In this document: positions 11,895-23,533 of the stretch, in pieces
How positions within the stretch are numbered: position 1 is the stretch's first letter
Layout of the letters: each line of letters begins with the position of its first letter
NCBI GenBank assembly: GCA_028534125.1
Contig: CM052818.1
Span: 23,996,001 to 24,060,000, forward strand
Direction: 5' to 3'
From: Lama glama
Lineage: Eukaryota
Length of the DNA stretch: 64,000 nt
The notes under the pieces: model-generated
Databases searched by the model: none
Told to the model about the DNA's origin: nothing
What the model saw: only the letters and a program-made list of their open reading frames with translations
Position numbers and translations under genes: made by a program

Positions 11895-13530
11895 TGTAAA
11901 AGTTTTTACGGAGAAGCAAAAGTTCCAGAATGGCCAACACAATATTGAAGCAGAAGAACAAAATTGGAGGACTGACACTACTTGATTTTGAGACAATATA
12001 CAGCTACAATAATCAAGGCAGTGTGGTATTGGCAAAAGAATTGACAAAAAGGTCGATGGAATAAAATACAGAGTTCAGAAACAGATCCATACAAATATAA
12101 TTGACTGATCTTTGACAAAGAATCAAAGGCAAAACTACAGAAAAGATAGTTTTTTCAAACATCTTTGTGCAAAAAATATATGTGTAGACCCAGACCTTAC
12201 ATCCTTACAAAAAGTAACTCAAAATGAATCATAAGAGCTTAATGTACAATGCAAAACTATAAAACTACTACAAGAAAATTTAAGAGTATATAGATAACCT
12301 TGAATTTGGCAATACTTTTTAGATACAACACCAAAGTCATGATCTATGAAAGAAGTAATTGATAAGTTGGACTTTATTAAAATTTGAAGCTTCTACTCTG
12401 CAAAAGACATTATCACAATTATAAGACAAGCCCCAAACTGGAAAAAGATAATTTCAAAAGATATATCTGGTAAAGGACTGTTATCCAAAATAAACAAAGA
12501 ACACTTAAAATTAAACAATAAAAAAACAAATGATTCAATTTTAAAATGGGCAAAAGTTCTGAACAGATGCCTCACCAAAGAAGATAAACAGATGACAAAT
12601 AAGCATGTGAAAAGATGCTCAGCATCATATGTCAACAGAGAATTGCAAATGAAAACAACGAGGTGCCACCATATGCCTATTGGAATGGCAAAAATCCAGA
12701 ACACTGACAACACCAAATGCTGGCAAAGTTGGGGAGCAACAGGAACTCGTATTTATTGCTGGTGGGAATGCAAAATGGTGTAGCCACTTTGGAAGACAGT
12801 TCAGCAGTTTCTTGAAAAACTAAACATATTCTTACCATACGTTCCAGCAATTGTGCTCCGTGGTGTTTACCCAAATGAACTGAAAACTTACATCCTCACA
12901 AAAACCTGCACATAGATGTCTATAGCAGGTTTATTCAGAATTGCTAAAATTTGAAAGCAACTAAGAGTTCCTTCTCTACATGAATAGATCAATAAACTGT
13001 GGTATAGTCAGATAGTAGAGTTTTATTCAATGTTAAAAACAAGTGAGTTATCAAAACATGAAAAAACATGGAAGAAATTTAAATGCATATCCCTAAGTAA
13101 AAGCCAATGTGAAAAGCTACATACTATAAGATCCCAGCTCTATGACATTCTGGAAAAGCAAAACAGTGAAAAGAATAAAAGGATCAATTGTTGCCAAGGA
13201 TTCAGGGGAAAGAGAATAAATAGGCAGAGTACAGAGGATTTTTAGGGCAATAAAAATTTGGGGGGGCATACCATTCTGTATGATACTGTGATGGCAGATA
13301 TATGTCACTTTATGTTTGTCAAAATCCATAGAATGTACACCACCAAGCCTGACCCCTAATGTAAACTATGAACTATGTGTGACGATGATGTAGCAATATA
13401 GGGCATTGATAGTCAAAAAAATGAAGGATTTGTTGATAATGGGGGAAGTTACGCATGTGTGGAAAGTCTATACTTTGTACTCAATTTTGTTGTGAACATG
13501 AAACCTCTCTAAAAATACTAATATTTTAAG
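11895..13530 (+). mobile_element. L1MC1-like LINE-1, 5'-truncated (ORF2 C-terminus + 3'UTR), degenerate
   Basis: ORF2 remnants (track ORF 12592-12783 KHVKRCSAS..RELQMKTTR..KCW) and L1MC 3'UTR 'gtcaaaatccatagaatgtacaccaccaag...taatgtaaactatg'. Confidence 0.9.
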
Positions 13531-13659
13531 AGGTAGAAAAATACAAGAAAGAGGAAGGGATAGTAGCAGACATACAAGACACTTAGAAGACACTGCAATG
13601 TAAATAAAACAAAAGCTTGAGTAATTTAATTGTATTCATGTTCACCGTCTGTTTCCTTT

Positions 13660-13765
13660 TCCTGCTTTACTACACTTCAAGCAATATTTGAGTAAGAGTG
13701 GCAAGAGTAGACATAGTTGCTTGTTTCTGATCGTAGGGAAAAAAGCATTCAGTCTTTCATTTTCC
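13660..13765 (-). mobile_element. L1 ORF2 reverse-transcriptase fragment
   Basis: Minus translation RLNAFFPTIRNKQLCLLLPLLLKYCLK resembles the L1 RT motif KLKAFPLRSGTRQGCPLSPLLFNIVLE. Confidence 0.7.
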
Positions 13766-14179
13766 CTGTCTAACCGAGAACCCGCCCATAGGCATCCAAT
13801 TTGATCACTCTCTTGCCACTGATTTTTACTCGCTTGCCAATTAGTATTTCTCATTGAACTGTCAACCAAAACTCCAACTTTTGAGTTAAATGTTTTGAAC
13901 TTCTCCACTCCTCCATTCAGACTTCTATACATAACTCTAGAACATTATACAACTGCAAAAACTAGAATGATTCTGAATTTACTGTTTTCAGCAATTATTT
14001 CATTTATTAGAAATCTCGTCTCTTCCTCAAGCAAATTCTCTTAGAATTCAGGGGCCAAGACTTCGATGGGAAATGTTCCATTTTCATTGTCAGTAACTTT
14101 TAGCCAGTACTTAATGTTTCCTTTAATTAAGAACAGAGACAACATACAAATGGCAGTACTAAGAGTTCCGTGTGCTGAG

Positions 14180-14565
14180 TTTCACTATGGCCTTTAGAAT
14201 AAAAGTCATAGCTGACTGCTCAAGGCTCTCAGTGATCGGGCGACTGCCAACCTATTTAGCTTTATTTTCACCCACTTCCCCACATGAACTCCTTGGTCCC
14301 GTCACAGAAAGTACTCTGGACCCATAAGCTGATGTTAACAGCACCACGTTTTTCCTTACTCTGCTCTCTTTAGCCTGCTGTCCCCTACTTTCTTCCATCT
14401 AACCATTATTGAACAATTCAGTTCTGCAATAACTATTGTTCACCAGAACCTAAGTTTCATGAAGGCAAAGATCGTACATTGTTCAACTCTGTCTCATCCA
14501 GCACCCAGAAGAATGTCTGGTATTAGCAGCTGCACAGAAACGTCTGTAAAATGCCTAAATGAAGG
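14180..14565 (+). mobile_element. L2 LINE 3' fragment
   Basis: 'taagtttcatgaaggcaaagat...tgttcaactctgtctcatccagcacccagaagaatgtctgg'. Confidence 0.65.
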
Positions 14566-15854
14566 AAATGGCTTGAAGTAACTACTGTTGCTCACTTTCA
14601 GCCTGTTTACACTCACCACAATCTCTGATGATAAACTCAGAATTCAGGATGAGACTGGGCAGTAGAAACCCATTACTTCAACTAATACTGATGGGCATCT
14701 GAATGCTGCACACATCCTGATACTCAGAGCAAACTGTGTGTAGAAAGTAGGTTTGAATCATTATTGTTTATTAGCCACCTAATTTCTGGAATTCAGATGC
14801 ACGGGGGCATCTGTTGTATTTTGAAAATCATAAAAAGGCATTTTTAACTTGTGGTGGTACTTGTCATTGAGACTTAAACACCACAGATGCAGTGAACAGC
14901 CTATGGAAAGCATCTCTTCTTACAGTGTACAGACGTGCAACGAGCCTGCTCTTCTGTTCTGGTACCCTTTTCTAAGATGCAATTGACTATGAAGAGTTAA
15001 TAATGAAACAATCCAATAGCACGGATAAAAATGAATCTTATTTGACATTTATGACATCAGGAAATATGTTAACAAGTGAGTCCAGCTTACTACACATTAT
15101 ACAATTGAAAAGAAATGACTTACAATGTAAGTGCTGTTTATAAGCCCTCTCTGACTCCAGAGGCAGTGAGCTCTGGCTAACGAGGTTAAAACCCACAGAC
15201 AGTGCAAACGACAGAATGTACAGCTACTACTCAGGGATACTTGGTAACCAAGCACTATTCTGCTTGATGACTCAAGGATATGAATGTCTGTCCTGGAAAG
15301 CTCACATCCAGAGAGAGCTTGTCAGGCTTGGCAGCAGCTGAGGGACTAGGGTCAAGGTGGTTCTTCCTGCAGATGATGCTGACCGTGGATGGGGTGGGAG
15401 GTGGTTTTAGGGACCAGACATCATTTCAGTAACTATAAGCTGCCTTCAAAGACTTGGACAGAATCGTGAAGAAAACATCAGTATTCAGCAACACTACAAT
15501 GAAGGATAATTACAGATGCAGGAAGAGAGGTCTGAGGACAGGATCCACTTTAATAGAAGCTAGAATCTGAGGGCTATAGCAGAATAGCAAGGACAGAGCA
15601 AGCTTGGTCACATGACCACACACAATGTCTTTCAAAGGAATGGGGGGATCTCCATTTACCCACACGCATGTACCATTCAGCATACCCATCCCTAATGTCT
15701 CAAGTGGTATGTCTTCTGACTGAAAGAGATTCTTTGGTGAAGGAAGTCTACCACTTATAAAAGGGACAGACAGAGGCTACCATTATTATAGCACTGAGAC
15801 GACCACTTTGAAAAGAGTTTGCATTGGATAAGGGATTATTCACTGATGAGAGAA

Positions 15855-16050
15855 TATCGGTTAAGAGCATGATCTTTGGGATTAGCCAAGCTTGGGTTCA
15901 AATAATGGGCATGTCAACTGAGCTATGTGACATGAAAAAGTTTATTTAAGTCTCCCACCCGTCAGCTTTCTTTGTTGTGAACCTGCCGTAATACCAACCA
16001 CTTCACAGTATTGTCAAGAAGCTTCTGTGATGTACTATGTATTTAGCACT
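15855..16050 (+). mobile_element. MIR SINE
   Basis: 'ggttaagagcatg...ttgggttcaaat...agctatgtgac'. Confidence 0.7.
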
Positions 16051-16089
16051 GAACACAGCACTCCACCTACAGGCCAAACCACCATACTA

Positions 16090-16675
16090 CAAATCATCTC
16101 TTGGCAACTCCATTCTGTCAACAGCTGATTTGATTAAATGTGGACCACTGACTTAAGGGAAACCAGTCCATAGAGTAGAATAAAACATTTTTTCTCCTCC
16201 AATAACTTGATCAAAGAGACATCAGCATGGTTGTCAGTCTGTGCAGAGGGATACAACTGAAATCCTGTGAGCGTAATGGAAGTGTTGTAACGGAATGGCC
16301 ATGCCAACCCTGTGAAAGCAGAGAAAAAAGTCTAGAGATGGAAAGTGGGGAGATGAACACAGCAAAAGTATAAAGAGAAGTGGAGGTGAGAGAGACGCTG
16401 TAATACCTAAGGAACTGACAAATTACCCATTTTCTCCCTTTCTAGTTCCAGCCCCGTATAAAAGTTGGCTATATCATAATTTTTGCCCTGGGATGACTGT
16501 ATTAGTTTCTGTTTGTGAATGTGAGCCATGTGAACTGTAGCCTCTAATGTGAGATCAATTTGATATTTCAATCTTATGTATCACTTTTCAGAGAGGGAAG
16601 CAAAATAGTGATCCCTTTTGACTTGAATTAGTTTAGATGGGTCTCTCTTCCTTGCCACCTTAATTCCTTAGTTAA
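16090..16675 (+). mobile_element. Old MaLR LTR (MLT1M/N-like)
   Basis: End 'cccttttgacttgaattagtttagatgggtctctcttccttgcc' resembles old MLT1 termini. Confidence 0.45.
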
Positions 16676-16684
16676 AAAGAGAAA

Positions 16685-17040
16685 TAAAGACCAGAGATGT
16701 AAGGGGACCTTTATGCAGTATCAGAACTGGTCAGTGCCAAAGGTGGGCATTCCCTGACTCCTTGTGCAGTGAGTCAGAAACTTCTCTGACTCTTGGTACA
16801 GTGTCCTTTGTAACCCATCACCTTGTCTCCTTGCCTTTTAAAGTCCACTATTCACTGAGTACCTTCTAAGTATCTCTTTCCTTACATTATCTCTTGATGC
16901 TCTAACAGCAATTTTAGATTAACTGATATCTCAACTTTAGAACTGAGTTAACAGTTTCAGAGAACTTAAGAGGCTCAAGTCACAAAATATGAACCCTGGT
17001 CTATCTGCCTGGAAGGGCTCTTTACCCTCATGCTTCCATT
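16685..17040 (-). mobile_element. Two adjacent MIR fragments
   Basis: Antisense MIR motifs 'ccagagatgtaaggggac', 'ttcagagaacttaag...tgaaccctggtctatctgcct'. Confidence 0.5.
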
Positions 17041-17744
17041 TCTTGTAGTCATCTTGTCAGATGGGATGAAGACAATAGTAAGAGGCAGTTCTCCTTCATT
17101 GCTGGATCTCTGCTAAAGACTTGGGAGAAAGAAAAGTCTCTGTATATTTTTGTCACTTTTTTGCTTTCTCAGTCCTGACAGCCTGTTGTTACCTGAAACA
17201 ACACAACAAAATACCTCTAAAGAGAACATGCATTCACTAGATTGTTAATTATTGATTCCAACATTTAAATAACATGTTGTAACAGTTTGTCATCCAGAAG
17301 GAACTCATCTCAGTCCAGTCTGGCAGCAAGACTTGTGTGAAAGTTTCATGTCTCGATCGTTTTTGTTGCCAACATTTTCAGGGGCTACACAAATTGGAAA
17401 ATCCTCATCAGCATATAACAGCAAAAGATACATTATTTCATCATATACTCAAAGTGCTGCTGCCCTGTGGTTAAACAGAGTCAGAAGTATGAATTCCTTA
17501 GACAGTGCCATAAAGCAGCAAGGGTTCCATCAATCTCCAATTGGTCATTAGAGACAGGATTCACTCCAGAAGAGAAAAATGGAGCTAGAAACTCAGTGTG
17601 TGGCTTTCAAGAAAATCAGACCACGAATACCTACTTTTAGGGGAAAACACAATGCCCTGTTATTTTTTCTGATGTTAAAATATAATTTTTAAAGTTTGTA
17701 CCTGATGCTGCAGCTTGGTCCAGAATGGAGGTTAAATTGTATTC

Positions 17745-18075
17745 CATTGGAGAGAGATGATCAAAGACATAAACGTCCAGCTATAAGATAAATAATTGCT
17801 AGGGATGCAATATACAATATGATGACTGTAGCTAACACTGTTGTATGATATACAGGGAAGTTATAATGAGGGTAAATCTTAAGGGTTCTCATTCATTACA
17901 AGGAGAATTTTTTTTCCATTTTTTGTTTCTTTTCTTTTTATTGTACCTGTATGTGAAGATGGATGTTACCTGAACCTATGACAATAATCATTTTACAATC
18001 CAACCATCATCCTGCATGTCTTAAACGTATACAGCAATGTATGTCAATTATTTCTCAATAAAACTGGAAAAAAAA
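17745..18075 (+). mobile_element. L1 3'UTR end (L1MA9-like, Laurasiatherian)
   Basis: 'ccagctataagataaataa...gtatgtcaattatttctcaataaaactggaaaaaaaa' terminus with A tail. Confidence 0.8.
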
Positions 18076-19144
18076 TTTCAGGTACTCTACAGTGCTAAAA
18101 TCTTCCATGTGACTTACTCTTTGTGGAGAGAGTATTGGAATTACACAGTAGCATCCTAATCTCTTCCTGCCCTCCCATCTTTACTCCATATGCCGAGCTC
18201 AAGTAGGAGCAAATCAAATCATTCAGAGGACCTTTGTGTTCTCTGAGAAGCTGTCACAGAAAGAGGCTCAACGAAGGCTACATCTTGGCCTGAAGGATCT
18301 GGTATGTGTGTCAACTATGACAAAATAAACAGAATGATTTCTGAATCTCAAATTCTCCTTGGGCTATTTGGAGTTCCTACATTAGTTGAATTTTATTTTT
18401 TTCTTAACCATGAGGTGTATAAGATTTGAATCTTTTGCTTCTTTATACAGAACATGAGTGAAATCAGTGAGGAAAGAAGTAAGGGAAGTTTTGTTGGTTT
18501 AACAGACTGTCAATCAGGCAGATGAGCTATTATCAGATGCTAATCACACAGGGAGGGCTTCATCCTCTGTCTAAGCAGCACAAAAGGTAGGGTTCAGCCA
18601 TGGGCATTTCTAGAATTCTCTGTTGAGATTCAATAACTCTGTGACATGAACTTGCTGGTCACATTAGAAATTATACAGGAACTGAATTTACCTCTGAGGT
18701 TAGGTCCATCACATATTTTAATTTTAGCTGCTGAGAATATTCTCAATGAGAAAAAGCCTCTATTAAAATTCAGACTTAATTCTTACCACAAGTCAGAGGT
18801 AAAACAGTACCATGTCTTTCATTTAAAGATCACTGTAATCCCTGGAAAAAGTGAAACATAGGTTATGGCTCGAGTTCTCAAATTTACAACATCCACAGAC
18901 TAGTTAAATTTCTTTCAGAATAGCCAGAGACCATTGACTTTATCTAATATTTTTTAAATTTCTGAAAATAATGTTCTTTTTCACATTAAATAAAAGGATT
19001 AAATTATTATAGTTTCACCAAGGAATCTATACCTAGCTTTTTAATAGATACTTTGAGATATAGTTCAGGTTCCAGTAAATTTTCCTTCTTACAGTTCACT
19101 TCTACTAAATTATAATGTCCCAACTAACAATTATGGTCATTATC

Positions 19145-19762
19145 ACGAAAAAAATCAAAGAAAAATTGTAAGCATATTTCCCAAAATTGAAAGACGTATA
19201 TCTTTATACAGAAGGGACCAAGTAAAGGCCAGAACAATCAGGATGTTGAATCACAAAACATATACACACAGCAACATCATAATAGTTTTCAATACAAGGA
19301 ATAAAGAGAAGATTCTTAATGCTTCCAGGAAGAAGAAAAAAGTTTCCTACAAAGAATTAACAGCCAATTGGAATTTTCAGCTGTATTACTGAAAACTGAA
19401 ATACAGTAAAGCAAAATGTTATTCAAAATTTTGAATAAAAATGGCACCAAATCTAGACTATTGTTCATAGCCCAAATGTCCATTAAATATCAGGATATAA
19501 TGAATACTGTATGAGATATACAAGCTTTTTTTTTAACGTGCCTGCCATGAACCCATTCCTAGCCACCTACCAGAGGTTATGCTCCAGCAAAACTATGGAG
19601 GAAATGGCAAAAGAGTTCCAAGAAATAGGGGATCCTGTAGAAAAGAGAAAAGGGGATTCCCAGAGACATAGTAAAGAGACGTTCCAGAATGACAGCTCAG
19701 TGGTGGGGCTAGAGAGCTTCCACGTGACAGGAAAACAGGTCTACAGAAATTGTGTTTCTGAT
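19145..19762 (+). mobile_element. HAL1 (ORF1-only half-L1), 5' part
   Basis: ORF1-like 'aaagagaagattcttaatgcttccagg' followed by HAL1-type 'ccaagaaataggggatcc...ccagaatgacagctc...ctagagagc'. Confidence 0.7.
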
Positions 19763-21395
19763 GTTTTTTTAATGACTAATTTATTGATATAGAACTTATA
19801 TACCATGAAATCCACCCATTCACATCATTAAATATTAAATTAACTTTTAAAATGTATTCATAGATTTGTGCAACCATCACCAGAATCAATTTTAGAACAT
19901 TTTTATCTTCCCAAAAAGAAACTCTTAAAGCCATCATCCCTCAATTCCCACACTCATCCTAACCCCCAGCAGCTAAAATCTATTTACCCTCTCCGTAGAT
20001 TTGCTTATTCTGAATATTTTAGACAAAGCAAATCATATGACATGTCATCTTTTGTGATTTGCTTCTTTCACTCAGCATATTTTTAAGGTTCATCCATGCT
20101 ATAGCATGAGTCAGAATTTCACTCCTTTTTATGGCTGAATGAGATCCCAGTGTATGGATATACCACATTTGGTTTATCCATTTATCAGTTAATGGACATT
20201 AGGGTTGTTGCCACATTTTGGCTATTATTGATGCTGCTACAAACATTTCTATACAAAATTTTCTGTACATATCTTTTTATTTCTGTTGAATATATATATA
20301 TACCTAGAAGTCGAACTACTGGGTCAAATGGTAACTCTATGATTACTTTTTTGGGAACTGTAAGTCTATTCTCCAATATAATTATACTATTTTACATTCC
20401 TACTAGTAGTAAATGAGGTTTCTAGTTTTTCCACAGCCTCACCAACATTTGTTATCATCCGTCGTTTTATGATAGCCATCTTAGAAGAGTTTAAGGAGTA
20501 TGTTAGTGTGCTTTAAGTTTGCATTTCTCTGATGGACCTGGAGATCATCATTCCAAGTGAAGTAAGCCAGAAAGAGAAAGAAGAATACCATATGGTATCA
20601 CTTATATGTGGAATCTTAAAAAAAATAAAATAAAAGACAAAGAAACTATTTACAAAACAGAAACAAACTCACAGACATAGAAAACAAGCTTATGGTTACC
20701 AGAGGGCAAGGGGGTGGGAAGGGCTAAATTGTGAGTTGGAGATTTCTGTATACTAACTACTGTATATAAAATAGATAAACAACAAGTTCATACTGTATAG
20801 CACAGGGAACTATATTCAATATCATGTAGTAACTTATTGTGAAAAATATGAAAATGAATATATGTATGTTCCTATATGACTGACACATTGTGCGGTACAC
20901 CAGAAATTGTAACATTGTAAACTGATTATACTTCAATAAAAATATTTTAAAAATTTGCATTTCTCTGAAAACTAATGCTGTTGCACATCTTTTCATGCAT
21001 TTGTTGCCAATTAATGTATCTGTTCTTGAGAATAGTCTATTCATAGCCTTTGCACATTAAAAAATATTATTTGTCTTTTTATTATTGAGTTATAAGACTT
21101 CTCTCTAGAAACAAGTCTCTTAGTAGATATGTGATTTGCAAATATTTTCTGTCATTTCTTGGGTTGATTTTTCCCTTTCTTGACAGTGTCCTTTGAAGTA
21201 CGAAACTTTTTAATTTTGATGAGTTCCAATTTATTTATTTATCTTTTGTCACTTATACTTCTGGTATCATATCTAAGGAACCACTGACACAGTCAAGGTC
21301 ATGAAGTTTTACTGCTCCTTTGTTCTAAAAGTTTTACAGTTTTCTCTCTTACATTTAATTTTACATCCAGTTTGAATCATTTTTGTATATTGTGT
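19763..21395 (-). mobile_element. L1MB-like LINE-1 (3'UTR + ORF2 end), interrupted by a younger L1
   Basis: Antisense L1MB 3'UTR 'gtgcaaccatcaccagaatcaattttagaacattttt'; track ORF 20185-20376 (IELPFDPVVRLLGIY) is L1 ORF2 C-terminus. Confidence 0.85.
20533..20953 (+). mobile_element. Young L1 3' end (camelid-type), 15-bp TSD
   Basis: Exact TSD tttgcatttctctga at 20518-20532 and 20954-20968; closely similar to 63506-63907. Confidence 0.92.
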
Positions 21396-21404
21396 TCTTT
21401 TGCT

Positions 21405-21925
21405 TTTTAATATATTAAAGCACATTTGGAGCAAAGAATTTGGGGATTAATTATTGATAATTGCATAGGAAAGGAAGATAGACAAAAAGGAGGACATTAT
21501 TAACCAGAATAGAAAAATAAAATTTTTAAGAGTTGCACAAAGAGGAGTTTAGTATAACATCTTAGTTGTAAAAACTAGTTTTAATGATATAAATACTGAA
21601 TATTTATTTAAACAAAAAGAGTAAAATAACAACATTAGTGAGTAGAGGAAGGGGAAAAGGGCATTTATATGATAGCCAAATTGTCATATTCTGTTTAGGA
21701 AGTCAATTAACAACACCTACAATGGAAAAATCAAGAAAAAGTATTGTAAGCATGTTATTTAGAAAATGAAAACCAATTTTGTAAACTTAAAGAGTTAAAA
21801 GTTATTGCCTCTTTGGGATATAAATATTGACTCTGGAGGGGTAGGGGCAAAAGATTTGCATTTTGCACTATAAATTCTATTGTTTGATTTTTAATGTGTA
21901 TTGTTGAATTTAACACAATTTTTAT
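21405..21925 (+). mobile_element. HAL1, 3' part (continuation)
   Basis: 'aaaaatcaagaaaaagtattgtaagcatgttatttagaaa...gagttaaaagttattgcctct' HAL1-type 3' region. Confidence 0.65.
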
Positions 21926-22328
21926 TGACTAAAACATGAACTTAATGCAATAGTTTGAGTATTAATCCTAAATATTTCCCATGGGAGAGAAAAACCTCAG
22001 TATCCGTGTAAAGGCTTGCCCGAAAGTATCTCATAACATTCTGACTAAGAGATCTGTATTTGTTTATATGAAACATGCACCCAGATAAAATAGAGCTATT
22101 ATTAAGAGAAGACAACATTCAGTAATGCATTTCATGTACAATGAAAGTTGGATGTCACAACATTGTAATTTGAGAAGTAATGTCAAATTATTTCCCGGTT
22201 CTTCCTTTGTTTGCCATTTGGCTTTGCAAACTATTTCCACTCAGTCACTACATTTGGATGTGGGTTTTTTTTTTTTGTTTTTAATTTTTAAAAGTACATT
22301 TATTGTGCATATTTAGACTTTATATATA

Positions 22329-22733
22329 TTTTTATTGAAGTACAGTCAGTTCTCTACATTGTGTCAATTTCTGGTGTACAGCATAATGCTTCAGTCACAC
22401 ATGAAAATATATATATTCATTTCCATATTCTTTTTCACCGTAAGTTACTACAAAACATTGAACATAGTTCCCTGTGCTTTATGGTATGAACTTATTGTTT
22501 ATCTATTTTATATGTATTAGTTAGTATCTGCAAATCTCAAGCTCCCAATTTATCCCTTCCCACTCCCTTTCTGTGCTGGTAACCATAGGTTTGTTTTCTA
22601 TGTATGTGAGTCTATTTCTGTTTTGTAAATAAGTTCATTTGGTCTTTTTTTTTTTTTTTTTAAGATTCCACATATAAGTGATATCATATGGTATTTTTCT
22701 TTCTCTTTCTGGCTTACTTCACTTAGAAAGACA
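22329..22733 (-). mobile_element. Young L1 3' end (camelid-type)
   Basis: Reverse complement of the same 3'UTR as 20533-20953 and 63519-63907. Confidence 0.92.
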
Positions 22734-23088
22734 GTTTTTAAATGTGTCCTGAATATGTTGTTGATTTCTTTCTCTAATGAATGAAGACAAAGACCAAATA
22801 TTAAAAAGTACTCGAGTTCACTGATTATGCTATTTTTGCCAGTATTTCATCTTAAGAAGTCATAATGTCCTATTCTCAACATTTAAAACCTTGATATGTC
22901 AAACCTGAAGCGATACGCTTGAGCCTTTCAAAACAGATTGCGAAGATATGTCATTTGAGCACTTAGAAGTGATTTTTACTGGCAGTGTCAGGGTTACATA
23001 GATAGATTTTAGTGCTATCATCATTTCCCAAAGTAAGGTAAATAAGCCCTGTTCCCTTCAGTAGCAGCACAGAAATGTTCTTACGTTC

Positions 23089-23533
23089 TATATTAGTATC
23101 CTATTGCTCTTACAACAAATTAGCACAAATTGTGTGACAATGCGTATTGATTACCTTACAGTTCTGAAGGTCAGAAGTTTGAAAAGAGTCTTACGGAGTG
23201 AATATCAAGGTATCTTCAGGGACACATTCCTCTTGGAGGCTCTAGAGAAAAATTCATTTCTGGCCTTTTTAAGCTTCAAGAAGCCACCTGCATCCCTTGG
23301 TTCATGGTCCCTTCCAGCAATGGGGTCACTCTGACCTATGCTCTCATTACCACTTCTTCTGACTTTCACCCCTCCTCCCTCCCTCCTGTGAAGACACTTG
23401 TGATTACTTTGGACCCACCTGGGTCCTCTCTCGACCTCAAGCTCATTAACTCAATCACCTCTGCAAAATCCCCTTTGCCAAGTTTCAAGGATTAGGATAC
23501 TGATGTCTTTGGGGACCAAACATTCACTCTACA
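23089..23533 (-). mobile_element. MaLR solo LTR (MLT1D-like)
   Basis: 'tattagtatcctattgctcttacaacaaattagcacaaa...ttacagttctgaaggtcagaag...ggaggctctagag'. Confidence 0.85.

Noticed and set aside
17185..17212. Minus-strand YAG|GTAAC as a recursive splice site
   Set aside because: The reconstituted donor is weak relative to the AG|GTRAG consensus; no evidence of a minus-strand host gene
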